Below, piece by piece: positions 1-13,463 of a stretch of 64,000 nt of DNA (the stretch's first letter is position 1; each line of letters starts with the position of its first letter). Source of the DNA: Okamejei kenojei (Eukaryota); the NCBI GenBank assembly GCA_035221665.1, contig CM069160.1, forward strand, positions 8,370,001 through 8,434,000. The letters run 5' to 3'. The notes under the pieces were generated by a model. It did no database searches. It had not been told where the DNA came from and saw only the letters and a list, made by a program, of their open reading frames with translations. The position numbers and the translations under genes are program-made.

Positions 1-500
1 GGTGCCCAGCGGTCCTGGAATCCCCCCCACGGTGCCCGTGGACACCGCGTGTTCCTTTTCGAGGGACAACCTCAGGCACAGACGTAAAGAGGCTGCAGTT
101 GGCTTGGACGGAGCCCTCTTCTGCCTGGTGCCGTAACCCATGAATGGTCAGCTTGGCCAGGCCCAGAGGCAAACCAACTAGGACATCCTCTGCTTTATCC
201 ACTCCCTTATGCACTGTGTGGCCAAAGTGTGGATGGTGGGACTGAAGTACAGCCAGAGGCTGGACAAGGGTGAGGAAGTGTATGGTGTGGAGGAGTCCAT
301 ACAGGGGGTGCCTCCCTCGTCTCGGAAGGGTATGAAGGGTGCCGATGAAAGACAGCTCAGGTTGTGTGCGACTGACTCCTGAGGTCTGGGTCCAACGAGT
401 ACTTCCGGCTGAGCGGGGGTTTAGCTCAGCCTGAAATACACCATCTGATGACCGCCAGTGGAGTCCTGATGAGTTAGCGCCTGACTGATGGCCTGAGATA
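1..500 (-). mobile_element. Tx1/L1-clade LINE ORF2 C-terminal remnant
   Basis: Minus-strand translation gives ...LGLAKLTIH... and ...LSLEKEHAVSTGTVGGFQDRWAP, typical of Tx1-type ORF2 ends. Frame-shifted. Confidence 0.6.
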
Positions 501-3304
501 CACAATTGACTAACACAAGGGACGTTGATCACCCTTTTCATCCTGGCACTATGCTCCATGCAGCTACCTTGGATCCAGAATTGGACTCCCTGCACCCCCA
601 ATGTCATCTGTGCCCTGGACACCCCCAGCACCAGGTTCTTTCTCAGACACACCGAAGTATTAGCTTCTGTCCCTGGACTTCTCCACAACATCAGACTCTG
701 TCCCTGGTGCCCAGGATATTTCTGCGATAGCAACTTTCTTTATTACTGTGACATTAATTCCTCTATCTACTTTACTGCAGCATAAACCTTGGCTGGTCAG
801 ATGGCCTAAAGGGTATCTGTTAGTTGCTCCACACTTGGAAATGTACCGTGTGGCTTTGAGGTGAAGTCTCTTAGGGTCAACTGGATATTTGCAGAGGCAA
901 CCCAGTGAATCCTGATCTCAAGGTCTATTGCCAGCGAGTAAAAATATGCATATCAATTTATTAATACATAATCCAGTAACGATTATCATTGTTCAAAAGG
1001 TTATTTTGTTTAACAATAAATAAACCAAAATCCACTAATAACAAGTTTATAGAATATGTTTAGTTTAATTGACAAGTATATTTGATTTTCTGCATTGTTC
1101 CAATGTGTTATAGAGAAAACAAGGAACTTACGAAACACATCAATATGGATTTGGCAGGATCTTTGACAAAATCAAGGGTATCAATCAAAACAGCCATTGA
1201 AAATTTAAAACCCTAATTCAGAGTTTGTGCACTTTTAATGTTACAATGTGGAGTAAAGGGTTTGCCTGAAGCCATTCAGAGCAATTTATTGTCTTCTCAG
1301 ACTGAGAATATGGGTGCGGACATCTAGATGTGCCCATTGGAAGCATTACCATCTCTAATGTAAAAGAATCAAGGGCAAGAATCACTGGTTTCTGAAATTG
1401 TAATGCGTGAGAAACTTCAACATAAGTTACTGTTTAAGGCATTTGAAAAGGGAAAATAGGTCTGGTCTATAAGGGGATAGTTATATTTTCCTTAAAAGGA
1501 AATAGTGGAAAGCAATATTGATTTTCCTGCGTATTATATGGAAGAAAATTTTGAGGAAGTGAGATTTGACAATGACAATTCCTCTCAGTCCATTAATATT
1601 GCTTGCTGGATTCTTGTTCAAAGAATGAAACAGGCATAATATGTTGGCAAAGTCAGCGTGCTGCAGTGAAGAGACACCGTGCCAATAAATTGAACCAGAT
1701 GAGAGCACCTAATTTTGTATTGGACAATAAAGTTTCTCCAGGGCTCAGGATAAAGAGAAAATGCCAATTTAAAAAATGTGCAAATTGAACTGTATTAAGA
1801 GACGGGACATAAGGTAGCAAAAAATACACTATGAAATGGGATTTTAATATTTTTTTTAGCAGAGAGGAAAGTGTAGGTCAGAATAGTAATTTGACTGCCC
1901 TTTCTTGGTGATGGATAGATAGATAGGTAGGTAGGTAGGTATGTAGGTAGGGAGAGAGCGAGAGATAAAAAAGGAAGGGAAGGATATACAGAGAAAGATA
2001 GAAATAAATTATTTTGGTGCCATTTCCGTTCCCCCAGCACAAGTCCCTATTGTTCTCGGGGGGCCCCACTCTGGGTCCCCTTCCTCCTTCGTGACCTTAG
2101 TGCCAAGGTACTCCGACCTCGATGTTCCATGTCCCTCCCCATTCTTGGTCAATGCCGGTGGCTTGGGCCCGGGTTCGGACTCCGTGGTGCACGGGCCTAC
2201 CAGTCCTACCTGTAGGTCTCCCATCGACGGTCCTTAGCAAGCGATTCTCCGTCCGCGGCGGACGGTCATCTGTCATCGGACCACGGCGAGCGATCTGCGA
2301 GGGGCAGTCCCCAGTGATCGCTCCACCTCGGCTGCCCTGGAGGCCGCAGCGTCCTGTGGGGAGTGTGGTCGAGTTCTTGTTATTAAGAGACTAGTATGAG
2401 GCAGACCAACCCCTTTCCAGGATCAAGATGGGGAAGATTAAATAGTAAAAGTCTTCAAGCACTCCACGATCTGTTGATAAAGTTAGTTGAAAATCCAATC
2501 GGGGCCTGCATTGGATGTTGCACATGGTATTATATCAGGGTACCAGTGTGTACATGTGTGGAAAAGTAATGCTACCAGAGTGCAGAAATCCAAGTCAAAT
2601 TTGCACTGAAGAGGAGATTCTCTGACACATTTCATGAGTTGGCAAGTCACTAGATGGACACAAAATGATGGAGTAACTCAGCAGGACAGGCAGCCACAAG
2701 CAACTGACATATTCTCCACAGTGGGGCAATCAAAGTAATGAATCACGCGGAAAGTGTTACAACAAGCTGCTAATTTACAGGGCTTGAAGTTGAGCTCTGG
2801 TGGTCTCGGGTGTTTGAGACCTGGAGTAACTTTGTCCACAATTACTTAATAATATAGTACACTGTAACTTTTTGTACAATATGATCTCCTCTGTATGATA
2901 TATATGTAACCAAATGCAACCCAGATTACTTTTGTGTGTTTGGGTAAATATATTAATTGACTGTGAACTTCAAAAATGATCTAAAATAAAATCAGGAAGA
3001 TGCATGTCAGTTTCACTCAAAATAAAATGTTTTAATATTTAAGAAATGCAAAGCAAACCTAGCCATTTCTTTATCATCTTTTAGTGGCAGATGAATTCGG
3101 GATAAAGGGAAATCTTAAGCTTATCCCCGTGTGTGGACAACAGCTCAGATTAAAAATGAAAGAGCAAAGAATTGATATATCCAGCTCAAGGTTCATATCC
3201 GTACTATAAGAGATGGATTCCCAAACTTTCACATGGCACAATTGGAGTTAAATGTTATTCCTGTACATTAACTAAACAAACAAATTTTGCTGAATCTTTT
3301 AATC

Positions 3305-3683
3305 ATAAGTTATGGGAGTACAATTAGGCCATTCGGCCCATTAAGTCTACTCCGCCATTCAATCATGGCTGATCTATATCTCCCTCCTAGCCCCATACGT
3401 CTGCCTTCTCCCCATAACCTCTAGCACCTGTACTAATCAAGAATATATCTATCTCTGCCTTAAAAAATATCCACTGATTTGGCCTCCACATCCTTCTGTG
3501 TCAAAGAATTCCACAGATTCACCACCCTCTGATAAAATAAATTTCTCCTCATCCTCCTAAAAGAACGTCCTTTAAATCTGAGGCTATTGCCTCTAGTCTT
3601 AGACTCTCCCAAGCATTTATTCAGTATGTTTCAATGAGCCCCCCAACCCCCCTCATTCTTACAAACTCCAGTAGGTACAGGCC
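3305..3683 (-). mobile_element. CR1 LINE 3' fragment
   Basis: Same CR1 3' end seen many times in the window (gaattccacagattcaccaccctctg, ccattcaatcatggctgatc). Confidence 0.75.
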
Positions 3684-3780
3684 AGGCACCTGCCGTGAGT
3701 AATTACTCAGGGTAGGCAGTCAGCCGGCTTTTAAAAAAAAATCTTAAACCACGCATGCGCAGATTGTTCTCTTCGTAAAA
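3684..3780. mobile_element. Left end of a hAT-type DNA transposon (same family as 59161-60395)
   Basis: CAGGCACCTGCCGTGAGTAATTACTCAGGGTAGGCAGT...CGCATGCGC matches the left terminus at 59161. No right end found. Confidence 0.6.
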
Positions 3781-4296
3781 AATAAAAATTAAGTAACAAT
3801 TCAATTTTCCCAAGGCTTCTCAATCTCCTTCATTTATTAATCACTGAATGGGTGGGGGATGGAGGATGAAGGCAGGTGGAGAGATGGTGTGAAAAACGGG
3901 AGCACACCGGGACGTTGAATCAGTTGTCATCTTATTGAATGACTATACTAATTCAAGGGTCCATTTGGAGGGAGAGTTCCTTTCACAGCGTGTGGAGAGT
4001 CTGCGCCAGGGGTTAAAGATGCAGGGAAGGCAGGAGTGTTGAGAAGGAGTGGGTCAGAGATCATATCAGTAACTCACTCACCGCTGCCGCAGCGCTCCTG
4101 GCACGGACAGCAGAACTGGCCGCCACTTCCGGGGATAGAAGCAGCTCAGGTGCGAGCGGCCGCCGGGACCCGACAACAGAACCGGCTGCCACTTCAGCGC
4201 CTTCTGCCGGCCCGCTCACCTCTGGCAGTGCACTTCGTCTGAACATCTCTCACCTGCCGCTCGCCGGCTTCGCTCATGTCAACCGCGTCCCGCAAA

Positions 4297-6452
4297 TCAA
4301 TCACATGAGAGGAATAAGGTCAGTATCATGTGATATTCCGCCTAACCTCATTTGGGACTGGTGTATTTCCAGAAATATCTGGGTCTCAGCTATCTACCTG
4401 CCAGGTAGATAAAATGTGGTGGCAGACAACAGGTCACGGAAATTTAATGACCACATAGAATGGATGCTAAATCCTGATGTTGTTAAAATGATTGTCAGCC
4501 TCTATGGTTTGCCAGATATTGATCTGTTTGCATCCAGGCTAAATCAGCCATGGTATTGTCAATCTGGAGCTGAACATGTAAATTATTCATTGGTGAACAA
4601 TAAGCTTTTAATCCATAGAATGCCCAAGCAATTCTAAGTAATTTATACCTAAATACATTTTGTGGGAACCAGATCCAGGAGCAGTAGCGGTGGATGCATT
4701 CTCGCTACATTGGGGACGTACGTTCTTTTACGATTTTCCCCCATTCTGCCTCATTAGGCAATGCCTCACCAAAATAGAGCAGAACTCTGCCTCAGGCATT
4801 TTGGTGGTTCCGGACTGGCCTACACAGCCATGGTTCCCATTGGTGCTGAGAATGATGACAGCCATTCATGGCTAACCCCAGCTGCAGTAATTTGTTGGTG
4901 CATCCAGTAACAGGAGAAAGTCATCCGTTACATGATCGTATTAATTTGTTAATCTGCAGGTTCTGATCAGACCGTTCCAAGGGCTTGGACTGTCGAGTAG
5001 GACCATGGATGTGATAACTGCTGCTTGGAGAGATAGCACTAAAAATCAATATGTGTCTCATATTAAGAAATGGGAGATGTTTTGCTTGCAGTCAGATATA
5101 TCTTATCATACTGCAAGCATACCGGATGTATTGGAGTTCCTTGCTACATTGCATTTTGATGAACACTCGAGCTATAGTGCCATTAATAGTGCTTGGAGTA
5201 CTTTGTCCTCCTATTTAGGGCAGTTTTCAGAACAACAATCTATCGGGTCTCATCCATTTGTATCCCGATTCACAAGAACCCTCCTAATCCTAGATATACA
5301 GAAATCTGGGATGTTAGTATAGTTCTCACACTGCTTCGGCAATGGGCTCCAATTACGTCACTGTCTTTTCAGAAGTTAACACTTAAAGTGGTTATGCTCA
5401 TGGCGCTAGTATCAGCGCAACAAGTTCATACATTGCAAAAGCTACGATTAGATAGCATGTACTTTTCTGCAGATAACATTACGTTTTATCTGTATTTAAT
5501 CAAACAAAGCAGGCCAGGAATGGTCGGAACCAAAGTAAGCTTTAAAGCATACCCCGTTGACTAAACGTTATGAGTAGTCAAGCACCTGAGTCAATATATC
5601 GAGGTAACTAAGAGTCTCAGAGGCTCTAAGACAGCAATGCTCATCAGCAATAAAAAAACCTCATAAGAAGGTGTCAGTACAAACTATTTCTAGATGGTTA
5701 AAACAGGTTTTGGATTGTGCTGGAGTAGACACTTGTGTTTAAATCTCACTCCACCAGGGTGGCATCAACATCTGCAGCGAAGGCACAGGACGTGCCTCTA
5801 GACCAAATCCTCAGGGCCGCAGGAAGGTCTAAGGAGGCGGCCTTCTCCAAATTTTATGATAAACCTGTCCTGACAGTGCAAGGTTTTGGGCATGCTGTTT
5901 TGGGTTCGGTTTGATTTATTTTTCCTTTCTAAATTTTATTTGTAATTTCCCCCTGGGATAGAGGGGTTATTACTGTTTTGTTTGTTATTATTATTAAAAT
6001 GATTATTGGATAATTCGAAGCAATGTTCAATACATTATTTATTCACTACTGTGTCAACTGAAGCAGTGTGTCGTATGGAATTGCTCTACGGCGTGAAATC
6101 ACAGAGCTTTGAAATCTTCACGTAGTCATTCACGTGACTCCGAAGTAAAATAGTAAGATTAAACGAGAACTTACCAGTTTGAAGTTTGATTTTTATTTTA
6201 TGAGGAGTTACGATGAGGGATTACTTGCCCTCCGCTCCCGGCCCTCATAATCACAAAGATCATCTGGTAGTTCTAGTCTTCTGAGTCTTACTATATCACT
6301 TCAGCTATAGTTTCTGTGTTTTCACGCCACTGCTTTGAAGTATGACGCGCATACATTTAGCGGGGTTTCTTCACTTAATCCCTCATCGTAACTCCTCATA
6401 AACTAAAGATCAAACTTCAAACTGGTAAGTTATCATTTAATCTTAAACTATT
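4297..6452 (+). mobile_element. 5'-truncated DIRS1-type tyrosine-recombinase retrotransposon (RNase H end, MTase-like domain, YR, ICR, right terminus)
   Basis: Collinear with 45650-47733. Motifs DLFASRLN, FPPF, VPDWPTQPW and the YR LMALVSAQ and HSTR. ICR at 6116-6227 is complementary to the right terminus at 6370-6452. Multiple stops and frameshifts. Confidence 0.9.
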
Positions 6453-6454
6453 AC

Positions 6455-6826
6455 TGCATCCTCTGGGCTTGAACATTGAATTTTCTCAATTCTGTTAACC
6501 CTTGCTGTCTCCTCCCCTTCTCACTTCTCCCTCAGCCCTCAGGCCCTGGCATTCCCTCTATCTCTATCTCCCTCCCCCACCCTAGTCGCACTAGCTTCTC
6601 ATTTTCACACCACAAACAGCTTACAATGGCTTGTTCCCTTTATCATCGATATTTTTTTGCATATCTTTCATTCATTGTCTTTATCTCTCCACATCACCGT
6701 CTATATCTCTCGTTTCCCTGATCCCTGACCAGTCTGAAGAAGGGTCTCGACCCGAAACGTCGCCTATCTCCTTCGCTCCTTAGATGCTGCTGCACCCGCT
6801 GAGTTTCTCCAGCCTTTTGTGTAACC
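6455..6826 (+). mobile_element. Penelope-like element 3' fragment/pLTR with hammerhead-like core
   Basis: Matches 51327-51560 (end of the GIY-YIG ORF plus 3' repeat). CTGAAGA-a-GGGTC-tc-GACCC-GAAACGTC at 6734-6761. Confidence 0.75.
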
Positions 6827-6879
6827 CTTTAACTATTACTTGTTGCTCTGGAAACTGCTCAACCTCTAATCACAGCATG

Positions 6880-6898
6880 TAGCCACTAGGGGGCTCTG
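6880..6898 (+). promoter_or_regulatory. Candidate CTCF binding motif
   Basis: TAGCCACTAGGGGGCTCTG closely matches the CTCF core CCASYAGRKGGC and lies in non-repeat sequence. Confidence 0.4.
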
Positions 6899-8002
6899 CA
6901 ATCTTCCATATGAACACTTGGCCAAACTTTCGAAAGTCTGCCAGTGAATGGGCCGGGGAATGATCTATTCCCAAAGCTGGGAAGTCATGCACACTTCCAG
7001 CCCTCAGTCTGGTAATTCAGACTACTAACTCCAGGGCAAGTTCTCCAGCGATATGTACAACAGACCATTTACATGAATGGGAGAAGTGAACTGTCTGCAG
7101 AAAGGTAAGAACAACTTTCCTTATAGTTTAATTTAATATATGTTTCAAATTATTTTTGTGTGCGCATTCAGCCTTTCTAATTACAGTAAAACTCCAATAA
7201 TTCGGAAACCTTAGAACTTTATTGGTGCTCGCCTAGTGGATTGTTCAGGGAATTCCCTATTATCGCAGGAATGAGTGGGTTAACATATGATGAGCGTTAG
7301 ATGGCACTGGACCTGGACTCGCTGTAGAAGGATGAGGGGAGCCTTATTGAAATTTACCAAATAGAGTGGATGTGGAGAGGATGTTTCTACTATTGGGAGA
7401 GTTGAGGACCAGAGGCCATAGCCTCAGAATAAAATGACTTGCCTTTAGGATGGAGATGAGGAGGAAGTCAGAAGTCGGAGGGTGGTGAATTTGTGGAATT
7501 CATCGCCACAGCAGGCTGTGGAGGCCATCAATTGATATTTTTAAGGCAGACATTGATAGATTCTTGATTAGTACGGGTGTCAGAGGTTATGGAGCGAAGG
7601 GCAGGAGAATGGTGTTGTGAGGGGAAGATAGATCAGCCATGATTGAATGGTGGAGTAGGCTTAATGGCCGAGTGGCCTAATTCTGATCCTCAACATGAAC
7701 TTAAGAACACCAAATGCAGTTTTTTAAAATATGTTTGAGATATGTATAATATCTGAGATCCTGGCTCCTGTCCTAAACCAAAATTAGTGATGACACAAGA
7801 AACTGCAGCTGCTGGAAACTAAAGCAAAACACAAACTGCTGGAGGAAGCCTACAGGTCAGGCATCATCTATGGAGCAAATTAACAGATGACGTTTCGAGT
7901 CAAGGCCCTTCTTCAGACGGATATGAGAGAAAGCTAGAAAAGAGATGTGGGGAAGGGAAAAAGTCGGGCAATTGATTGGTGGATGTAGTAGGTCATGTAA
8001 TA

Positions 8003-9243
8003 GAAATATAGAAAATAGGTGCAGGAGTAGGCCATTCGGCCCTTCGAGCCTGCACCACCATTCAATATGATCATGGCTGATCATCCAACTCAGTATCCTG
8101 TACCTGCCTTCTCTCCATACCCCCTGATCCCTTTAGCCACAAGGGCCACATCTAACTCCCTCTTAAATATAGCCAATGAACTGGCCTCAGCTACCTTCTG
8201 TGGCAGAGAATTCCAGAGACTCACAACTCTCTGTGCAAAATGTTTTCCTCATCTCGGTCCTAAAGGAATTCCCCCTTATCCTTAGACTGTGACCCCTTAT
8301 TCTGCACTTCCCCAACATCAGGAACAATCTTCCAGGGGTCTATCCAACCCCTTAAGAATTTTGTAAAGAAGGAACTGCAGATGCTGGAGAATCGAGGGTA
8401 CACAAAAAGCTGGAGAAAACTCAGCGGGTGCAGCAGCATCTAAGGAGCGAAAGGAGATAGGCGACGTTTCGGGCCGAGACCCTTCTTCTTTTCCCTTAAG
8501 AATTTTGTAAGTTTCCATAAGATCCCCCTTAACTCTTCTAAATTCTAGCGAGTACAAGCCAAGACTATCCAGTCTTTCCTCATATGAAAGTCCTGATATC
8601 CCAGGAATCAGTCTGGTGAACCTTCTCTGTACCCCCTATATGGCAAGAATGTCTTTCCTCAGATTTGGAGACCAAAACTATACGCAATACTCCAGGTGTG
8701 GTCTCACCAAAACCCTGTACAACTGCAGTAGAACCTCCCTGCTCCTATACTCAAATCCTTTCGCTATGAATGCTAACATACCATTTGTTTTCTTCACTAC
8801 CTGCTGCACCTGCATGCCTACTTTCAATGATTGGTGTACCATGACACCCAGGTCTCGTTGCATCTCCCCTTTTCCTAATTTGCCACCATTAAAATAATAG
8901 TCTACCCTCCTGTTTTTGCCACCAAAGTGGATAACCTCACATTTATCCACATTATACTGCATCTGCCATGCATTTGCCCACTCACCCAGCCTATCCAAGT
9001 CACCTTGCAGCCTCCTAGCATCCTCCTCACAGCTAACACTACCCCCCAGCTTAGTGTCATCCGCAAACTTGGAGATGTTGCATTCAATTCCCTCGTCCAA
9101 ATCATTAATGTATATTGTAAATAGCTGGGGTCCCAGCACTGAGCCTTGCGGTACCCCACTAGTCACTGCCTGTGATTCTGAAAATAACCCGTTTACTCCT
9201 ACCCTTTGCTTCCTGTCTGCCAGCCAGTTCTCTATCCACATCA
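8003..9243 (-). mobile_element. CR1 LINE, 5'-truncated RT and 3'UTR
   Basis: ORF 8678-9244 has VPQGSVLGP, KFADDTK and RPHLEYCV. 3' tail is (TTTCTATR)n. Confidence 0.92.
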
Positions 9244-9559
9244 ATAGGAGCAGAATTAGGCCATTCTGCCCATCAAGTCTATTCCACTATTCAATCATGG
9301 CTGATCTATCTCTCCCTCCTAACCACATTCTCCTACTTTCTCCCTATAACCCCTGACACCTGTACAGGTCTTCTTATCGAGTCCACATCACATGATTAGA
9401 TATTGTTCAGCCAGAGCTGAACAAACTTCATGGCATCTTCATTGTAGGCTTCGAGATCATCAGCTATATAATTGGTTTTCCAGTTTGTGGGCATTTCAGC
9501 AGGTGTTCCATTGTTTGTGATTCAATACCACATTCGCAGGTGACATCGTTGGAGTTGTA

Positions 9560-10120
9560 CAGGTGAGGTGGGTAGAGTGGGTGGAGTTAGTAACAAAAGC
9601 CAGAGGTGAAAAGGGGACAAAAGAATAAGGAGAAAAGAAGAGTGCAACGCAAAGCCAAAGGGAAGGATGTAGATGGGTGGGGGCAGGGGAAAGGAGAAAG
9701 AGAGAGGATAAAGGGGAAATAGGGGACTCGTGGATTGGAGATGAACGCTGAAAGGAGTGGAAAGGAGCGGGATTATGGGGTTGGCGGTGTGGGAGAAATG
9801 GCTGCGCAAAGGGGTGGATGGGGGGAGCACAGCAACGAGAAGGGTTTTGGGAAGCATTACTTGAAATTGGTAAGTTCAGTGTTCATATCATTTGTTTGTT
9901 AACGACCCAAGCGGAATACGAGGTGCTGTTGCTCCGATTTGCGTGTGGCCTCACTCTGGCAATGGAGGAGGCCCAAGGCACAAAGTTCGGTCTGGGAATG
10001 GGAAGGGGAGTTAAAATGGCTGCAACCGGGTGATCCAGCAGGCCTTGGCAGACAGACACAAGTGTTCGGCAAATCAGTTACTTAGCCTTTTTTGGTATAA
10101 CTGATGTAAAGGAGGATATG
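9560..10120 (-). mobile_element. Degraded Penelope fragment
   Basis: Reverse complement resembles the GIY-YIG C-terminus (LGLLHCQSE...EQQHLVFRLG) and the C/T-rich 3' region. Confidence 0.65.
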
Positions 10121-12507
10121 TGGCCCTCACCCATGCTCCCATTGCACTCCTGCCATCGGGAAGAAGGTATTAGAGTCTGAAAACCGTGACCTCAAGGTTC
10201 AAGAATTGCTTCATCCCAACAACCATCAACCATTCGAACTCGACAAACACCAAATAAATTATGAACTACAAACTGTCTCAGGTGCATTAAAGACTTCAGG
10301 ATCTTCGCAATATTATTTTGTAGGTTTTCAATTTTTAGAATTATTTTTGTTTATTATGTTATCTTTGATTACTGTTTACTGGCCTGTTACGCTGCTGCAA
10401 GTAAGGATTTAATTGTTCAATTTTATGTACATATGACTATTAAACCCCTCCACCTACATTCTCGACCCCCAGCTCACATCTATCCAGGTGCCAGATCTGC
10501 AATTTGAATAATTGGATGCCACATTATTGGGGTTTTATCACATTTAACTTTTTAATCAGTGTCAAATGATTTCCAATGTACACGAGTTTGAAAAAAGACA
10601 TGTGTCGGAAGGAACTGCAGATGCTGGTTTACACTGAAGATAGACACAAAATGCTGGAGTAACTCACCGGGTCAGGCAGCATTCTGGAGGAAAGGAATAA
10701 ATAGATGACGTTTCAGGTTGAGACCCTTCTTTGGACTGAGAGTCAGGATAGAGGCAAACTAGTCCTCTATTCTCTCTCTCCATGGCTCAATCTGAAGAAG
10801 GGTATGGACCCCGAAATGTCACCTATTTTCTCCAGAGATGCCACCTGACCCGTTGAGTTTAGTTTAGAGGTACAGCGTGGAAACAGGCCCTTACAAAACA
10901 TACAAACTCTGTACAGACAGCGCCTCTGGCGCTGCAATCGCTGTAAAGCAGCAACTCTACCGCTGCGCCAACCAAAAGTCACGCCAACATTTTGTGTCTA
11001 TTTTCCATGAAAAACTATGTAAAACGATGAAAAACTCAAGCCGTCAAGCAGGGTGAGGTCAGTCTCCTTCGCAATTCTCTTGCTGCAGGAATCACCAGGA
11101 TCCCGTGTAAATGGGCAGCACTCTCAACGCACAGTAGATCTCGACGATAGCTGTTACATGGCACACTTTGGAACATGTGAGAGCCCCTTCAGAGACACCA
11201 GGGAGCAACAATCGAAAGATTTGGCAAATTTGGCGGGGTGTAATAAATGGTTGGGTGTTGGTGGGGTATTGGTGAAAGGTTTTATCGAAGATTGAGATCA
11301 GATTAAAAGGGTGGGAGGCAGCTGCTAGTAGCCTGTAGCAGTTGTAGAAGTGATAACCGATGGGATCTGGGGGCTGAGAGTACAGCTCCATCAACACTGA
11401 AGAAGCTTGATAGCATCCAAGGAATGACACAAAATGTTGGCAGCATGGTGGCGCAGCAGTAGAGTTGCCACCTTACAGCGCCCAAAAGTTACTCCAGTGG
11501 GTGTTTCTAAAGCGGAGATTGATAGGTTCTTGATTAGTAAGGGCGTCAAAGGTTACGGGGAGAACATGGTGAGGGACAAATATATTGGCCATGATGGAAT
11601 GGTGGAGCAGATTCAATGAACTGAATGGCTAATTCTGCACCTATGTCATATGGTCTAAGGAAATGACCGCGCTCTCTCTATGGACCAGTGATGTTGACAG
11701 GGCAACAGCAACGAGTGTCTTCTCTGTCACTGCAAATATAATTGTGTTATTCGTGGACCACCCAACAACATCAAATGGTAGGTACACAAAAAGCTGGAGA
11801 AACTCAGCGGGTGCAGCAGCGTCTATGGAATCGAAGGAGATAGGCGACATTTCGGGCCGAACATCAAATGGTACATCTGACTCTGGGATATGACAGTACT
11901 TCAGGTTATTGTTTTAGATTTTGCGATAGTGAAGACAACTCTGATTCTGTAACTGCAGTTCATCTTCACATCTCCTCCTCTCCATCTCTATGATGCAATC
12001 CAGTTCAGGCTTCAGAAGGACTCGACCCGAAACGTCACCCATTACCTTCTCTCCAGAGATGCTGCCTGTACCGCTGAGTTACTCCAGCATTTTGTGTCTA
12101 TCTTTGACCAAATATCTACCGGGTTCTGCTCACATTTTAAACAACATGCCCCTCACTGGCAGTCTCCCAATGGGGATAGAGTTCTTCTTGAGTAGAAAGT
12201 GTTCTCATTCTGCATTTCCACTTCCAACGAGGCATTTCCAAATGCCCAGTAAAGCTTTCTCTGCTCTGTCACATCACACTGCCTTGTGGGCACAAATTTG
12301 GCAGCAATGGTCTGACACACACCACACCGGCAATGGAGTACTCCCAAATTGGGGAGGAGCAGCTCATCTCAAGCAGTCCTTGAAAGGGAATTAAGAACAA
12401 GTGGACTTAGGTTTAAGGTGAGAGGGGCAAGATTTAATAGAAACCTGTGGGAACCTTCCTCACTCAGAGGGTGGTGGGTATATGGGCCAAGCTGCCGGAG
12501 TATGGGC

Positions 12508-12810
12508 ACTGGGCAGCACAGTGGCACAATGATAGAGGTGCTGCCTTGCAGCGCCAGATAAATACCCGAGTTCGATCCTGACTATGGGTGCTGTCTATAG
12601 GGAGTTTGTACATTCTCCCTGTGACCATGTGGATTTTCTCCAGGTGCTCCGGTTTCCACCCACAAACCAAAGACGTACAGGTTTGTAGATTAATTGGCTT
12701 TCGTAAATTGACCCCAGTGTGTAGGTAGTGCTAGTGTATGGGGTGATCACTGGTCGTAGTGGACTCGGTGGGACGAGGGGCCTGTTTTCATGCTCTGACT
12801 AAAATTAAGT
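12508..12810 (+). mobile_element. tRNA-derived HE1-like SINE
   Basis: A-box-like 5' end, B box GAGTTCGATCC, conserved body and CR1-like tail. Further copies at about 14860-15120(-), 18740-18950(+), 28190-28440(-), 30505-30830(-), 34813-35093(+), 35640-35950(-), 56336-56840(+). Confidence 0.75.
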
Positions 12811-13463
12811 AAAAGAGGTCGTTGAGGCAAGTACCATTTCAGCATTGAAATGACACTTGGACAGGTAGATAAGTGGGAAAGGTTCTGAGGAATAAGGGCC
12901 AAACACAAGCAAATGGGACTAGTTCAGATGGAACATCTTGGCCAGAATGGACGAGATGGGCCGCAGAGCCTGTTACTGTGCTGTATGACTCCATAAGATT
13001 AAAACATCAAACTTCAAAATTAAATTCTGAGTGAAATGTAACAAAAAGTTGAAACATTGCTAAAAGAGTTTGTTGCAAAGTAGCAGAAGACTCAGCAACC
13101 AGTCACTACAATGGAGGCACACTAAGCTTGATGAATAGGAAGGAGCTGCAAATGCTGGTTTAAACTGAAGATAGACACAAACAGCTGGAGTAACTCAGCG
13201 GGTCAGGCAACATCTCTGGAGAAAATGAATAGGCGACATTTCGGGTGGAGACCCTTCTTGATGAGGTATGCAGCCACTCATCATTGTAACAGGTAGAAGC
13301 TTCATCTAGTATTCGGGTTAGGACCAGATGTTCGTCTGGAAAGGAGAAATGAGAGGAGATTGGATCAGAAATGAGAAGAGAGTTTGTCACATCATCGAGT
13401 CTTAGTGAAGGAGTTTGCGCACTCGCTCACCTGTTATCACACCTGGCCTCTCATTGTTCATCT

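Noticed and set aside
1132-1391. Minus-strand exon-like interval with AG and GTAAGT ends
   Set aside because: The one long frame I read hits a stop before the donor and resembles no known protein.
2396-2569. Small Cys-rich ORF (..GACIGCCTWYY..) reminiscent of retroviral Env TM
   Set aside because: Spacing is CX2CC rather than CX6CC, and no other retroviral hallmarks (PBS, LTR pair) can be supported. Needs tBLASTn.
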